This document shows positions 12,401 to 24,000 of a stretch of DNA of 64,000 nt, in pieces. The stretch comes from Phoronis australis (lineage: Eukaryota > Animalia > Phoronida). The notes below the pieces were generated by a model. It was not told the DNA's origin. It searched no databases and saw only the letters and a program-made list of their open reading frames with translations. The translations under genes and the position numbers were made by a program. The stretch covers positions 52,547 through 116,546 of the forward strand of contig NMRA01000839.1 in the NCBI GenBank assembly GCA_002633005.1, in the 5' to 3' direction. Every line of letters begins with the position of its first letter. The first letter of the stretch is position 1.

Positions 12401-14442
12401 TACCGCCATCCCATAGCTGTAGTTTAATAACAAGCAACGTCGTGTTTCAATCGCGACAGGTTGGCTCTGAAATGTCCGCCATTCTCAATCTTCAATTATT
12501 TAAGAATTTCAAAGTTTTAAAATACAACCAGATGTACTATAATGTGATGCAGAATGATGAGAATGTCATAAGATAGCACGCCCTCGTACGACAACGTCAA
12601 AGACTAATAGAAAACTAGTCCACTGATCGCTGGTTTGATGGGTGCAATGTCATTAATTCCCTTGAGTTCCGTAGACATTAATATAAATGTCAATGATCGA
12701 CAAACAGTTGACAATAGAATGTGCCCGGTGAGAATCACTGCTTTGCTAGTGCCTTTTTGGGAGTAGTGATTGGAGTTATTAATTCAACAAGCGAGCTTTG
12801 TGAACCCCTTGTTCAATATTCAGGTTTTGTATGTCAGTCTCTGAAAATGCAAAGGTTAACTGAAGGTCTGTAGTTCAGTGTCCTACATCTGACTGTGTTT
12901 TATAATCTATCCGAAGCCATGACAGTTTTTAGCTATAGGTTGACAATGATGGTCGTTTTGTTTTCATTGCGCACCTGTTACAGCGCCTTTGCACACTGCG
13001 ATAAGAGAATAATTCACGCCAACTTTGCAAACAAAACATGAGTAGATACAGTACTAAAAACTAAACGTTTTCATTCATTTAGATCTGGCTCGAGTTGGTT
13101 GTATGCAGTTCCATGGGGATTTCGTAAAATGCTGAATTGGATCAAAAATCACTATGGCAACGTTCCCATTTTTGTATTAGAAAACGGGTTCAGCGACAGG
13201 AACGGCACACTGAGTGATGATCACAGAGTATTTTACTATAAATACTATATCAACGAGATGTTGAAGGGTAAGTGAAGTTTAGTGTTACAATGGTTAATTC
13301 CAAACGAGCCCTACGTATTTACAACGCTGTTTTGCTTGGGATTCACATTAGCAAGAGACTCACATAGACAGCCTAAGAGACGACTAGTTATTAAAATAAC
13401 TAGCTATCTCTTTGACTGGCTCTCACTAGTATACTATGCAACTGTTTAGACCACAACTGTTAACTTTGTAACTATTTCTCAGTGCCAGTGACTCTCACTA
13501 AGTCGTGCCTGAGCGGTACTTAATAGTTTCTTGAAATGTTCCTGAACTTTTCACTGGTTCAAACACATCCTAGAACTCACGCGGAATGATTCTATGAACA
13601 TACACACTTTGTAGTGTTCGTAGTCACTCACATAAGTGAAGTTGAAGTAGCTCACACATTATCACCGCAAATGGATAACTAAAAGTTGATCCGGCTGCTG
13701 TATGTGAAAGTCAGCTGAGCTCTTTCTGAGGTTTGTAGTCACTCTCGTGCAATGCCATCACAAGTTGTCTTATATCTGGCGATTGTTGTCACATAAATTT
13801 CGTAAATATTCACACACTGTCAGAACAATTTACCTGTCGCAAGCTCCGTCCCCTTGGGAAAAGTCGACTGACTAACAATAAGTTTTACCCGGCAACGTGT
13901 TGTTTGTCGGGTATAATGGCGGCTTAGAAACAAAGGTGTGTCAAGAATGCTGCGTTCTGGTTGGTCAGTTAAGCCGTCACTCAAATTCCTGGCTATAGGT
14001 CAATTATACTGCTTTTCTTCACACAGAAAAGGCGCGCGTCACCCGACGCGAGCAATCTTAATGCTTTGTTACATTTTCTGAGCTTAAGACCAACTATTAC
14101 ATATAATTTGTTTGCAAACATATATGGTTGTATTGCTCCGTTATCTTTATTTTAATTTTAGCTATTAAGATGGACGGTGTCAACGTCAAAGGTTACATGG
14201 CCTGGTCTCTGATGGACAACTTTGAGTGGGCCACGGGATATAAGGAAAAGTTTGGTCTGTACAGAGTGGACTTTGCGAAACCCGACCGTCCGAGAGTTGC
14301 GAAACAATCGGCAAAATTCTACACAAAGATTGTTCGTGAAAATGGGTTCCCGGCGGCTTCAGAGCCAATCTCTGCAGCCAACAGACTTTCTTTTTGTGCA
14401 GTTGGGACTGCTTTGGTCTCTGTTGTTTTAAAAATGTTTTAA
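460..14442 (+). CDS. Glycoside hydrolase family 1 beta-glucosidase (single-domain, lactase-phlorizin hydrolase/GBA3-like), about 525 aa, signal peptide plus hydrophobic C-terminus; 9 coding exons
   Basis: Exons 460-613, 2201-2331, 2629-2892 (or duplicate 4993-5256), 8081-8264, 8881-9041, 10614-10692, 12160-12298, 13083-13267, 14162-14442. All GT-AG with matching phases; total 1578 nt. GH1 motifs: [53 protein letters not shown] (acid/base), [14 protein letters not shown] (nucleophile), [10 protein letters not shown]. Confidence 0.95.
3018..3758 (+). mobile_element. Non-autonomous DNA transposon (about 740 bp), TAGCC...GGC(T/C)A ends, 9-bp TSD (Mutator-like by TSD length)
   Basis: Flanked by tgtcaaatg (3009-3017) and tgtaaaatg (3759-3767). 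Same family at 5382-6896 and 5436-6188. Confidence 0.75.
4663..5256 (+). CDS. Second copy of GH1 exon 2 (partial, 4663-4706, cut by the gap) and exon 3 (4993-5256)
   Basis: Near-identical to 2288-2331 and 2629-2892 with intact splice sites. Three amino-acid changes in exon 3 (WAR>WTR, LME>LMA, QEA>QDA) plus synonymous changes. Confidence 0.85.
5436..6188 (-). mobile_element. Inverted copy of the 740-bp MITE nested inside another copy (outer copy 5382-6896)
   Basis: Reverse-complement match to 3018-3758. Ends tagcc...ggcta, flanked by atagctagg (5427-5435) and ctagctagg (6189-6197). Confidence 0.85.
7405..7890. mobile_element. MITE with terminal inverted repeats
   Basis: gaggcgtggaacgcgaaaa at the left end; tttccacgttccatgcctc at the right end. 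Confidence 0.55.
8495..8853 (+). mobile_element. TTAA-flanked MITE (Kolobok-like), copy 1, in a GH1 intron
   Basis: TTAA at 8491-8494 and 8854-8857, imperfect TIRs, collinear similarity to 26861-27206. Confidence 0.7.
9530..9778 (-). mobile_element. tRNA-derived SINE-like fragment
   Basis: B-box-like ggttcaaaccccggtcggggca on the minus strand (about 9668-9690) and an A-box-like ccgatagcccagtgg near 9763-9777. Confidence 0.4.
9788..10036. repeat. (TG)n microsatellite running into a 202-N gap, followed by a GA-rich tract
   Basis: Seen directly; the short X-rich ORFs in the track here are artefacts. Confidence 0.9.
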
Positions 14443-16942
14443 GAATGTATGTGTGTGAGTGTGTGTGTGCGTGTGGTCGTTTGTGTGTGTTGGTACAACT
14501 AAGCGTGCATGTATTCCACTGGCTTTTTTTGAAACTAAACGTGCATGTGTTTCAGTTGGTTTAGCTGTGTTAAACTCAATATGCATGTATTTCAATCGCT
14601 TGCCAGCGCAATCGGTTCTACTGTGAGTCAAATTTCTTCTACTAGTTACGTTCTTTATCAGCACTTTCAGTTATTTTACCGGACACTAGATGGCAGGCAA
14701 ATTGCCTCCTAAAATTGTCCTGTGACGTCGACAGGTCATAAATGTGTCTCGCGTAGTCATGTTTAAAACACATGTGTGAAAACATGCCTTCACTTACCGC
14801 TCGGACACACACTGTATGGAAACGTCCGCACCAACAAATAATCACACAGTCACATAGATAATCCGACAGGTGCTTTCTCACTGAGTCCACAGGTATGCAC
14901 CTACACTAGTTTGCACCATGTCAAGAAACCGTTTGCTATGGAAAATAGCCACGCCCACAAAAATAGCCTTCGCAAACAGTGTACCCCACTATTCAATAGA
15001 AACATGTAGCTCTGAATAATCGACTATCCTCAGTATGAAAGACTTGACCAAAATAATCCAACTCATATTCTCCGCAACTCCATGAACACATTTGGAAGAA
15101 AAACTGTTGATGACAAGAAGTTATTATAATTGACGATAAGAAATTGACAAGGCAGAATGAGATTTATCTGTAGAATGCATTCATTTCTTGAAATTTTGCG
15201 TTCAAGTGAAATGAGTAAACAACTTAAAATGACGATTCATTTGTGTAGTCACAATTTGTCTTGAGATGACGTATTGCTATGGTAACGTGGCGAAGTCAGG
15301 TTGGCACAAATCACGATGCCAAAACCATAATGATACACTGAACTTTGTAACCAAAGAGTTTACCCGTTTTATTTCAGAAATGCTGACATTATAGCAATTT
15401 CAAAATACGTCTGTAGTCAGCCAAAGTTCGCCCGGCCAACTTCACAATCCGCCCCAGAAAAGTATGCGCTTCTGTGGACATAAATTACAGGTCAAAATTT
15501 AAAGGATTTTTTGTGTAGTAAGTAGAAATCATCACCGGGTTCTGTATTTTAAACATTAAAAACTGTTCAGTTCCTCTATAAATAAAGTTAATTATTATTA
15601 TTGTTGTTCTTGTTTATTATTACGTCAGTAAAACTCTCGTTAACAGGGAATGGCTCGTTGCTCTCGATGCGGTGAGCGAGTCTCTTGAAATCACATTTCC
15701 CATCATCAAACAATTAGTGTACACGAAATGAGGTGACAAAAATTATGATGCTTATTAATAACAATATTTTCGGGTGAACTGGTCACTGCAAGTTGGTTGG
15801 TCTACTTATAGCCGCTCGGACCTCCGGCCGGCACCCACCTCATGAACCTGTTAGTCAAAAAGCATTTGCCAAATCGCTATTTGAGGTGCGAAAAAAATGT
15901 GGAAACCTCAATATCTCCGAAAACTTTTGATGGATCCTTTCGTTTACAGATCTAAAACATCTCCAAAAAAATCATGAAAATTTTACTTTAAAAGGTGGTC
16001 ACGTGACAATAATAAATCCACAGTACCAAGAAGCATTTTTTAGATTTCTCGATCTTTTCCTTTCAGAAAATATATAATTTCAATTAATAATTGACAAAGG
16101 GTAATATTTTCGATATTTGACTTGGAGTTGAGGTCGTTAGGTCCTAGATGACCTTAAAGATGTATTTGAATTCTCCTAACTATGCCAATGTATAGCAGGA
16201 ACTAAACGTCAATGCTAGGTGAATTCCATCTACATATGTACATGTACGCTAAACAAAATGCAGTTGTATTCATTGACAATTTGTAAATGTGAAAACAAAA
16301 AAACTGTAAATAGGTGACCTTTGCACAAATGACTTCCCTTGGGGGCTCACATAGCCCGCATATTCCTCAACACCACGTCACGCTACTTACTGGACACGGT
16401 TGATTGATTTACGGCGAATTCAACACAATAATAGTTTTTAAAAACAGTTGGCATTGTTCAACGTACTTCATATTCACGTCGTAGCTATATAATGTGTTTC
16501 TAACTAATTTGACCAAGCAATCAGAGAGATAAGAAATTAGCGTGCAAATGCAAAGTCGCGTGGCTCACATGCATTCGCTGTACTAGGATGTCTGAGATTG
16601 GACGCATTTTTTCTCTTCCGGCATAATCTTGATTGACAAGCGCAGGACTATTACCTTAAATGGTGACCCGTTTCTGGTGTAAATCAATGACCTCCTGCTA
16701 TAAATGCGTGTCCTTTATCCCCGGGGTCTGAGTCATCTTCAGAACAATAACGTGGTCTCGATCAATCATTGGTCTGACCGGCTTGACCTTCACGCGAAGG
16801 TGATGCCATTACTCGTGTCACCTGGAGGCGGACCTACCCGGCGAGGATCCCTGCTTTGCCAAGGTCCTTAGCACAAAGCACAGCCGTAGGGTACGCCAAT
16901 TCTATAACTATGAATTTTTGACACTGTTTGTTCTGATTCAAC

Positions 16943-19020
16943 GGTCTCGTTACAATAGTGGATTTTGAAAAAGCATTTGATTCTTTGACCTACAGTTTCC
17001 TGTTTAATGTTCTTCAGATGTTTGAGTTTCGAGACATTTTTGTGAAAGGATAAAAATGTTTATTGAAACCTCACAGCTTTGCGTCGTGCAAAATGGCATT
17101 GCCTCTGATTTTTTCAAAGTTGAACGAGGGTGCAAACGAGGGTATCCAATCTCGTCTTACTTTTTTGTGCTTTGCGCTAAAATCGTGGGCTACATGTTTA
17201 GAGATAATAATGACGTAAAGGGAATTAATTGTAGAACTTGAGAGGTAAAAATTTTACAGCATGCCGATGATACAACAATTGTAACAGAGGGTTCTGGCAA
17301 ATCTCTTAAAAAGGCTCTGGGTCTTCTGTACCAATTTGCTAAATATTCAGGTCTTAAACCTAATATTGAAAAAACTGACTGTACATGTATATGGATTGGA
17401 ACTAGGAAGTATAATACTACCTGGATACCTGATTGCGCAAAAATTTTAAAATGGTCAAAAACAAAACTCTCGATTTTGGGGATTAAATTTAGTGTAAATC
17501 TAGACGACATGACCGATTTGAACTTTAATGCAAAACTTATTGATATTCAGAATATCTTACGCTCTTGGTCCAGAAGATACCTCAGTGTGTGGTGAAATCT
17601 TTAGTATTTCCAAATCTTTTAAATCTTTTCTTAAGTCTACCATCACCAAAGGACAATTTTATTAAACAACTGGAGAAAATGCTTTTTCAGTTTATTTGGA
17701 GTAACAGAAAAGACAAAATTTCTCGTAAGACAATGGTTCAGAATTATAACAGTTGCGGACGCAACATGGTTCATTTAGTTTCCCTTATTAAATCTCTTAA
17801 AGTAACATGGTTAAAAAAAGATAATATATGAACAAAATAATTCGGCCTGGATAGATATTTTGCAGAATTCAAGTCAATTTGACATTGAAAAGATGTTCAA
17901 TGGAGAAAACTTTTTTTAAATGGTAGCCCAGTCCACAGGGAATCCTTTTTGGAAGGATGCGTTTGTTTCAACATTTGAGTTTGGTTAGATATTAATAGCG
18001 GTCAAGGAAGACACATATATAACACAAAGGTTCAAATTGGAGGAAAACCAATATTTTACCCCACTTAGAATGAAAAGGGTGCAAGATTCTTAGGTGATTT
18101 GTTTGACGAAAACGGAAATTTCTTGTAATAGAAGTTTTTCAGAAAATTTTGGTTTTAAGCCTTTTTACACTCTACTGCGGACTAAAAATTGCTTGAAATT
18201 AACTTTTAAAAGTATATCGTTTTCAAGTGCAAAGGTGTCTCAACCAGTTATTCCACAACACTGCCAAATTTTGGTGAAAAATTCCAAAGGTAGGCTACTC
18301 GTGATGTGATATTTTTCTGAAAACTTTGTTTCAAAAAGCAAACGGATTAGAAAAATGGGAAAATACTTCTGGTTTTGCAAGATCAATGACCGAATGAAAG
18401 TTGTTTCCAAACTTCTGTTTTTTGTACTTCAGATGTTACACTCATATTGTTTCAAATGAGAATTGTACACAGAATTTTAGCAACAAATAACTTTTTAATG
18501 CGAATTGGTATTTCTCCAACTGACCGTAGTAGGAATGAACCTGATAGTCTATAACATTTATTTTGGGGTTGCGCTTTTGTCAAGTCTTTTTGGAGAAAAA
18601 TAACTGAGTATTATATTCACGCAAAAAACCTCAATACATCGATAGATTTTCAGACTGTTATATTTGGTAAAACTGGAAAAGCGAATGACTGTTGAATCTT
18701 ATCGTTCTTTTGGCCAAATAGCATATATGCTGTAAAAAGCCGAGAGTAGAACCTTCATCAATAACAATTTTCAAAAAGAATTAGAAATTTATTTCACAAT
18801 CGAAAAATAGAGTTATTGTAAAAACGGATTAGGAGACCAACTTCCCAAAGATGGTTTGCGGTGGTTTTTTTACTCTAAAAAGAAATGCAGATTAGAAAAG
18901 TACATTCTGTGTTTTTGGTTTGTGAAGTTGAGTTTTCGGTAAAATGTGCGCGCGTGATGTGTCATTGGTTATTTCTGTCTTTGTACTGTATTATTATTGT
19001 TGTATTAAATGTTTAAAAAA
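16943..19020 (+). mobile_element. 5'-truncated, decayed L1/Tx1-clade non-LTR retrotransposon ORF2 (RT plus zinc-binding region)
   Basis: Translates to IVDFEKAFD, GCKRGYPISSYFF (GxRQGxPLSP-like), LQHADDTT (YADD), GLKPNIEKT..IWIG, FQFIWSNRKDKISRK and RIVHRILATN, with many stops and frameshifts and an A-rich end. Boundaries approximate. Confidence 0.85.
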
Positions 19021-20129
19021 ATTAGCTTGTTAGTCCTCGTGTCCACTTTCTAATCCCATTTTGTGTTTTTTTTTCTCATTGCTGGCAATCTGCCTGTTTT
19101 TATATTGGAAATTTGCTGTTTTCGGTAAGCAAAAATGTGTCATTTTCTACATAAACCTTTGAAGGTCTATAGGTAAAAAATTAAGAAGTCAATAGATGCA
19201 AAATTGGTGATTGATTTTTGTAACAGAGCCACACCATGATCACATTCACGAAGCATAAGCTGAATCTGGAAGATGACCCCTGGAGTGATTTTTTAATTTC
19301 GTTGATTTTTTCGTGGAATGGCTCTTAAATTTCATGCTGCATGTTTGTACTTATGTCTTACAGGTTGGGCGCTTTAAATTTTATTTGATTGAAACTGGTG
19401 GAAAATCAAGTAAACCAAATAATGGCTGGCAAAGCCATCGTGTTTTGCCTTCAACTTTACGATAGCGATTGCTAAAGCGTACAGCAATACTGAAAAGTTC
19501 GATAAAAGCGCCTTTGAAACCAATACTGTTGGTTACTTGAGCAATTGCTCTTGGGAGTTAAAATCATAAATAAATAAAATAGATCCTGGAATACCGTGCA
19601 GTTATCGACGGATAAGAAAATAAAATAGTAAAAGAAAAACTAAAATATATTCCCCACTTTTCGAGCGTTACGCTCTTTATCAAGGGCATGACACAGACTG
19701 TCGAATAGACAGACATAAGTGAAGTAACACAGGTGACCGCATGGAGATAAACAACAGGCAGCAGGAACAATATCGGTTATTACAACTAACAGTGGGGTAC
19801 GCACGATGAAACAGAAACGGGCACGTAACTACTGCAGTCATTCATTACAGACTACGTCCCTTTTTAGACCTCCCGCGTGGCTATTGAATGTGGCAATGAA
19901 ATCGACCTCGCACTTTCTCCTAGAGTGAATGTTCGGCAGCCCGCCGAGGTACCTGCTTCTGTTTAGACCCTTCCTCTTATCATGCGTACCCCACTCACTG
20001 TGGGTTGTAGTGACCGACAGTAATCCTGCTGATTATTGTGTATCACCGTGCAATCACCTGTCTTACTTTATTTGTATCCATCTATTCGGCAGTCTGTGTA
20101 ATACCCTTGGTAAAGAGCGTACCGCTAGA

Positions 20130-20378
20130 AACGTGGGGAATAGTTTAACATAGGCGGGTAATATTTTGCTATATTTTAGTACATGTGGAATATCTTAATC
20201 ATAGACATCTTAATAATCTATATACATTTTAGTACTGAGAAATGTTTTAATATATTTTAGTACTGAGGAATATTTTAATATATTTTAGTACGAGTGGAAT
20301 GTTTTGATATATTTAAGCACTTGGGGAATATTTTACTACATTTCAGTGCATGGGGAATATTTTACTATATTTTAGTAT
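20130..20378. repeat. Degenerate minisatellite, unit about 29 bp (ggaatattttactatattttagtac...)
   Basis: About 7-8 diverged tandem units visible. Confidence 0.75.
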
Positions 20379-20472
20379 CCACGCTCCTCGTTTTACTTTT
20401 ACTGAGTTAATATTACATCCTTGCGCCCTTTTCAACCATTAGGATCTTCAGATTTAATAAGCAATAGATCAG

Positions 20473-20706
20473 GGGCCCGTTCCAACAAAACTGACTTAGC
20501 TAAGACAAATCTTGAAGTTTAGTAAATTTTAAAATAAAAGTTAAATTTGTCTCAAAACCAATTCAAGAAAGAGATCTTAAGTTTGACTTAAGTGTTTGAC
20601 ATAAATTTTGTCTTAATTTTGACTAACTTGCCGAATGTGGAAGTTTCAAAGTTCGAAAGTTAATTAAGTCAAAAATGAACTTAAGTCAGTTTCTTGGAAC
20701 AGGCCC
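20473..20706 (+). mobile_element. PIF/Harbinger-like MITE
   Basis: TIRs gggcccgttccaacaaaactgactta / ttaagtcagtttcttggaacaggccc with a CAG duplication on both sides. A related inverted copy lies at about 40180-40407. Confidence 0.7.
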
Positions 20707-21072
20707 CAGATAATTAAAACAAACAAATTGACTGCTGGCATATGGAAATTATTTGTCAGGGTAACATAGAGCCGTGGTACATGTAGGGGGATATGTGGGG
20801 GCCAGGGAACAGCGGCATGGACCACAGTATGTATACCAATAGACGTAAACACGTCTGTGGAACTTTGATAGATCCAAACACGTGCCAACGAGGTCTGCAT
20901 GTGTGTGGCACATCTTATATTGCGTTCTCCGTTTTGTCAGGAACGTTTGCAACAGCCATGTACAAGTATGATATATCACGTGACAGAGCTTTCGGTGCAG
21001 TTGACCTAGCAGTCGTGTAACGTTTACTTGACTTCAGTTATCTTATCCTTGGAGAAACTGGAGTGACCTCCG

Positions 21073-24000
21073 TTACCAGTCCAATGTATCTGTGCTCAAT
21101 TTTAACTTGGGACTATTATCCGAGTAGAACTGCGAATACCATCGTCGATGGCGTGCGATCAACTCATCTTCCTTTGACCTTGACATTGCTGGTCTGGCCA
21201 GTGCTCGTTTGCTGTTCCAGATCATTACGTCCCTCTCGAACTAGTAAAGCATGTACTAGGTGTTAGCATGTTGGGATTACCCAAACACAGTTATCAACAT
21301 GTAAATCTATTGAGTTTTGAGAAAGAATGATAAAAATATTGGATCATATACGCCAATAAAACTGCAAGGGACATGAAAGCTCATTCACTATAGGCTTCTT
21401 AATAACAACATACCTACTCTACACTTCACTCGCTCACAGCGCCCTCTCTTCAGAAATAACAATATTCAAGCGATAGTAAACTCTTTTACAGCGATACTAC
21501 AGAGAGGAATAGACAATTTTCGTAATTCAGTAATTTATCGACGCCTGCACCTGAGTAGCGTACGTGTATTTCTGAACCTACAGGTCAGTCAGAATTACCG
21601 AATATTACTTCGTTCTTTAATCAATGGGAAGCCAGTTTCATGATCAGTTCGTACATGACAAGGAAAGACTGTATACATGGGGATGAAGGGCCATCGTAAG
21701 GAAGCTTTTCACCTGAGCGCCACCTATCGTTTCATCCCTTTTATGAGAATACCCTCTAGGACGACGTTCCTTACCCACTAAGAAAGGTGTTATAATTAGT
21801 CAAGTAATGTTCCCAGTTTCGCCACAAAGAGATACCTTGTGAGAACTTACTGCAATATTCCAACATTCGGGTTTTTTCCAACTTTCTTAAACCGGAAGTG
21901 AATCCCAATTTTCTTAAGAGTTTGTTCTACTGGGATCATTTCAAAATTTCGACGATTCATTTGAATTGTAAAGTCACAAATAAGTTTAAGCCACATACGC
22001 GCTTACCTGCTGCGACTCAGCAAACATAATTAACTTTGAATACACAGTTGGCATAGACGAGTAGATCTGATGGCGCACGTGTTGTAGAAATGGCCCCATG
22101 GGAGTCACGTGGTGTAACATGATGGTCTTTCCGAAGTTTAAATGCACAATGCCAGGACCAATCTGAAATTACCGATCAAGCGCAGTAAGGCACGTGTGAC
22201 AGCGATACCCTTCAACATTTTGTTCGCTGCGTTGTGGACTGGACTGTCCGTGGCCCCGTATAACATAGATTTTAAAGATGCACGAATGCTCTCCCTGTTG
22301 TGGAAGATGAAATGTTTGGAAAACTAAAGCACGTGAATACCGTTTCTGAAAGATGTCGCCACCGACTGAAGAGGCCAAACTTTACTCGAGACTGGATCAC
22401 AATCTTCAGTTCAAACGCAGCTTCTTGAATGAAAAGGAAAACTTTTATATTTGCGTCCACAAACGGCGAAATACGAAATCATAGCACCAACAGTTTCAAC
22501 GTGTCGTAGGCTCAGCGTCCATTTACATGTTGGCTAGCGTGAGCGTTAAAAATCATTTGCTACATTTGACCGACTTCGCGGTTCCGCGGGGTCTTCAGGC
22601 TAATAGATCTGATTGGTCTTAAGCCGTAGGTCATACCGGCCGAGGACTAATCTTAGTCGGTTAACCTGGCAAAACCGGCGAAGTCAATCAAGTGTATGAA
22701 GTGGCTTATGCCTACCAGGCGAATGACGTCAGCGTAGTTTGGTAAAATGTTCAAAACGAACCAAACGCCCCACGAACGCTACCCACTAGGTACTATGGTG
22801 GTTATTCCTGAGAACGTAGTTGATAGATAATTATGTTTCATTGGTATGTTCCATAGTTTACTGGAAGTTGCTTAGTGACCACCACCAAGAGGAGGCCAGG
22901 CCAGTGGTTAGCTATTACACTATTTGAAAATATTCTGTAGGATACTAGACTATTAGTGCAGGATTGTGTAACATCGAGCCAGTCGGGCTGGAAATTTTAG
23001 AAACCTAGAACATATGTGAAGAGTTATTGGACAGAATCAGATTCCAGAACCAGAATATTGAAACCGAGACCTCTCGGTCAAGGGTCAAGGGAAGTCAGCA
23101 AACAAACCATTCAACCAAATTCACGATTCTGATCAGTTATGGTTGTTCAAGAAAAGATTTGTCAATAAACTCTAACCTAATGCATTACCTGCGATACGTT
23201 TACAGGAATGGTGGACGGGGATATTCGAACACCGAAAAATTCCAGAGAGGCAGATACTTTCAGCACGCCGACGTGTTTCATTGGCGCCTCCTGAGCGGTC
23301 CATGATACATCATGAAAGTTGTGCTGTGTGAACGAATGCAGAACGTTGTACTTTTTGCGCAGGTCAGTTCCTGCCAAAATACTTTCCTTGTGAACGAAGT
23401 TGAGATGACCGAGATCAGCGCCGTTTTCTGGAATGTCCTGAAAACAAATCGTCAAACTCATCAATATGCCAGAAAAATAAACGAGCACTATCCTCACTCA
23501 CCACGACACCCAAAACGAAAAGTTTAAGTCTACACAAGGTTATGATACAGACCCGTAGCCAGAGGGGTTGACCGAACCCCCCTCCAAGAAAAAGGTCCAG
23601 CCCCAGCCTATCCGATAGGATAAGATATGATTTAGATGGACAACAAAATTGTTGTAGCTACTAGTCTTATTAAACACAATCATAAGCAAGTTACTATTAA
23701 TTTTGAGTTTGCTTCCGATCTAAAGCGCTTTACATAATCACCGGGTCGTGTCCGGCCCGAGTGGTGACTGCGTAGATGACGATCAAGGGAGGCTTTATGT
23801 TATTCATCGGCATTGAAACCTCTAGAACATAGGGTAACACGGGAGTCTAAAAGTACATGTAAACGTCTATGCCTAGACCAAACTATATAGCATTGATAGA
23901 GCTCCCCAAAAGTAGTGCGGTGTGAATGCCTTAAAATCAACCAAGAAACAAAACAGCAGAAAATGGGTTTGTTATTTGCTACTTTGGTGTACTTTCTAGC

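Noticed and set aside
16690-16760. Twister-like ribozyme (ccccggggataaagg...gcaggagg on the minus strand)
   Set aside because: The conserved UAA cleavage loop and pseudoknot pairings could not be built.
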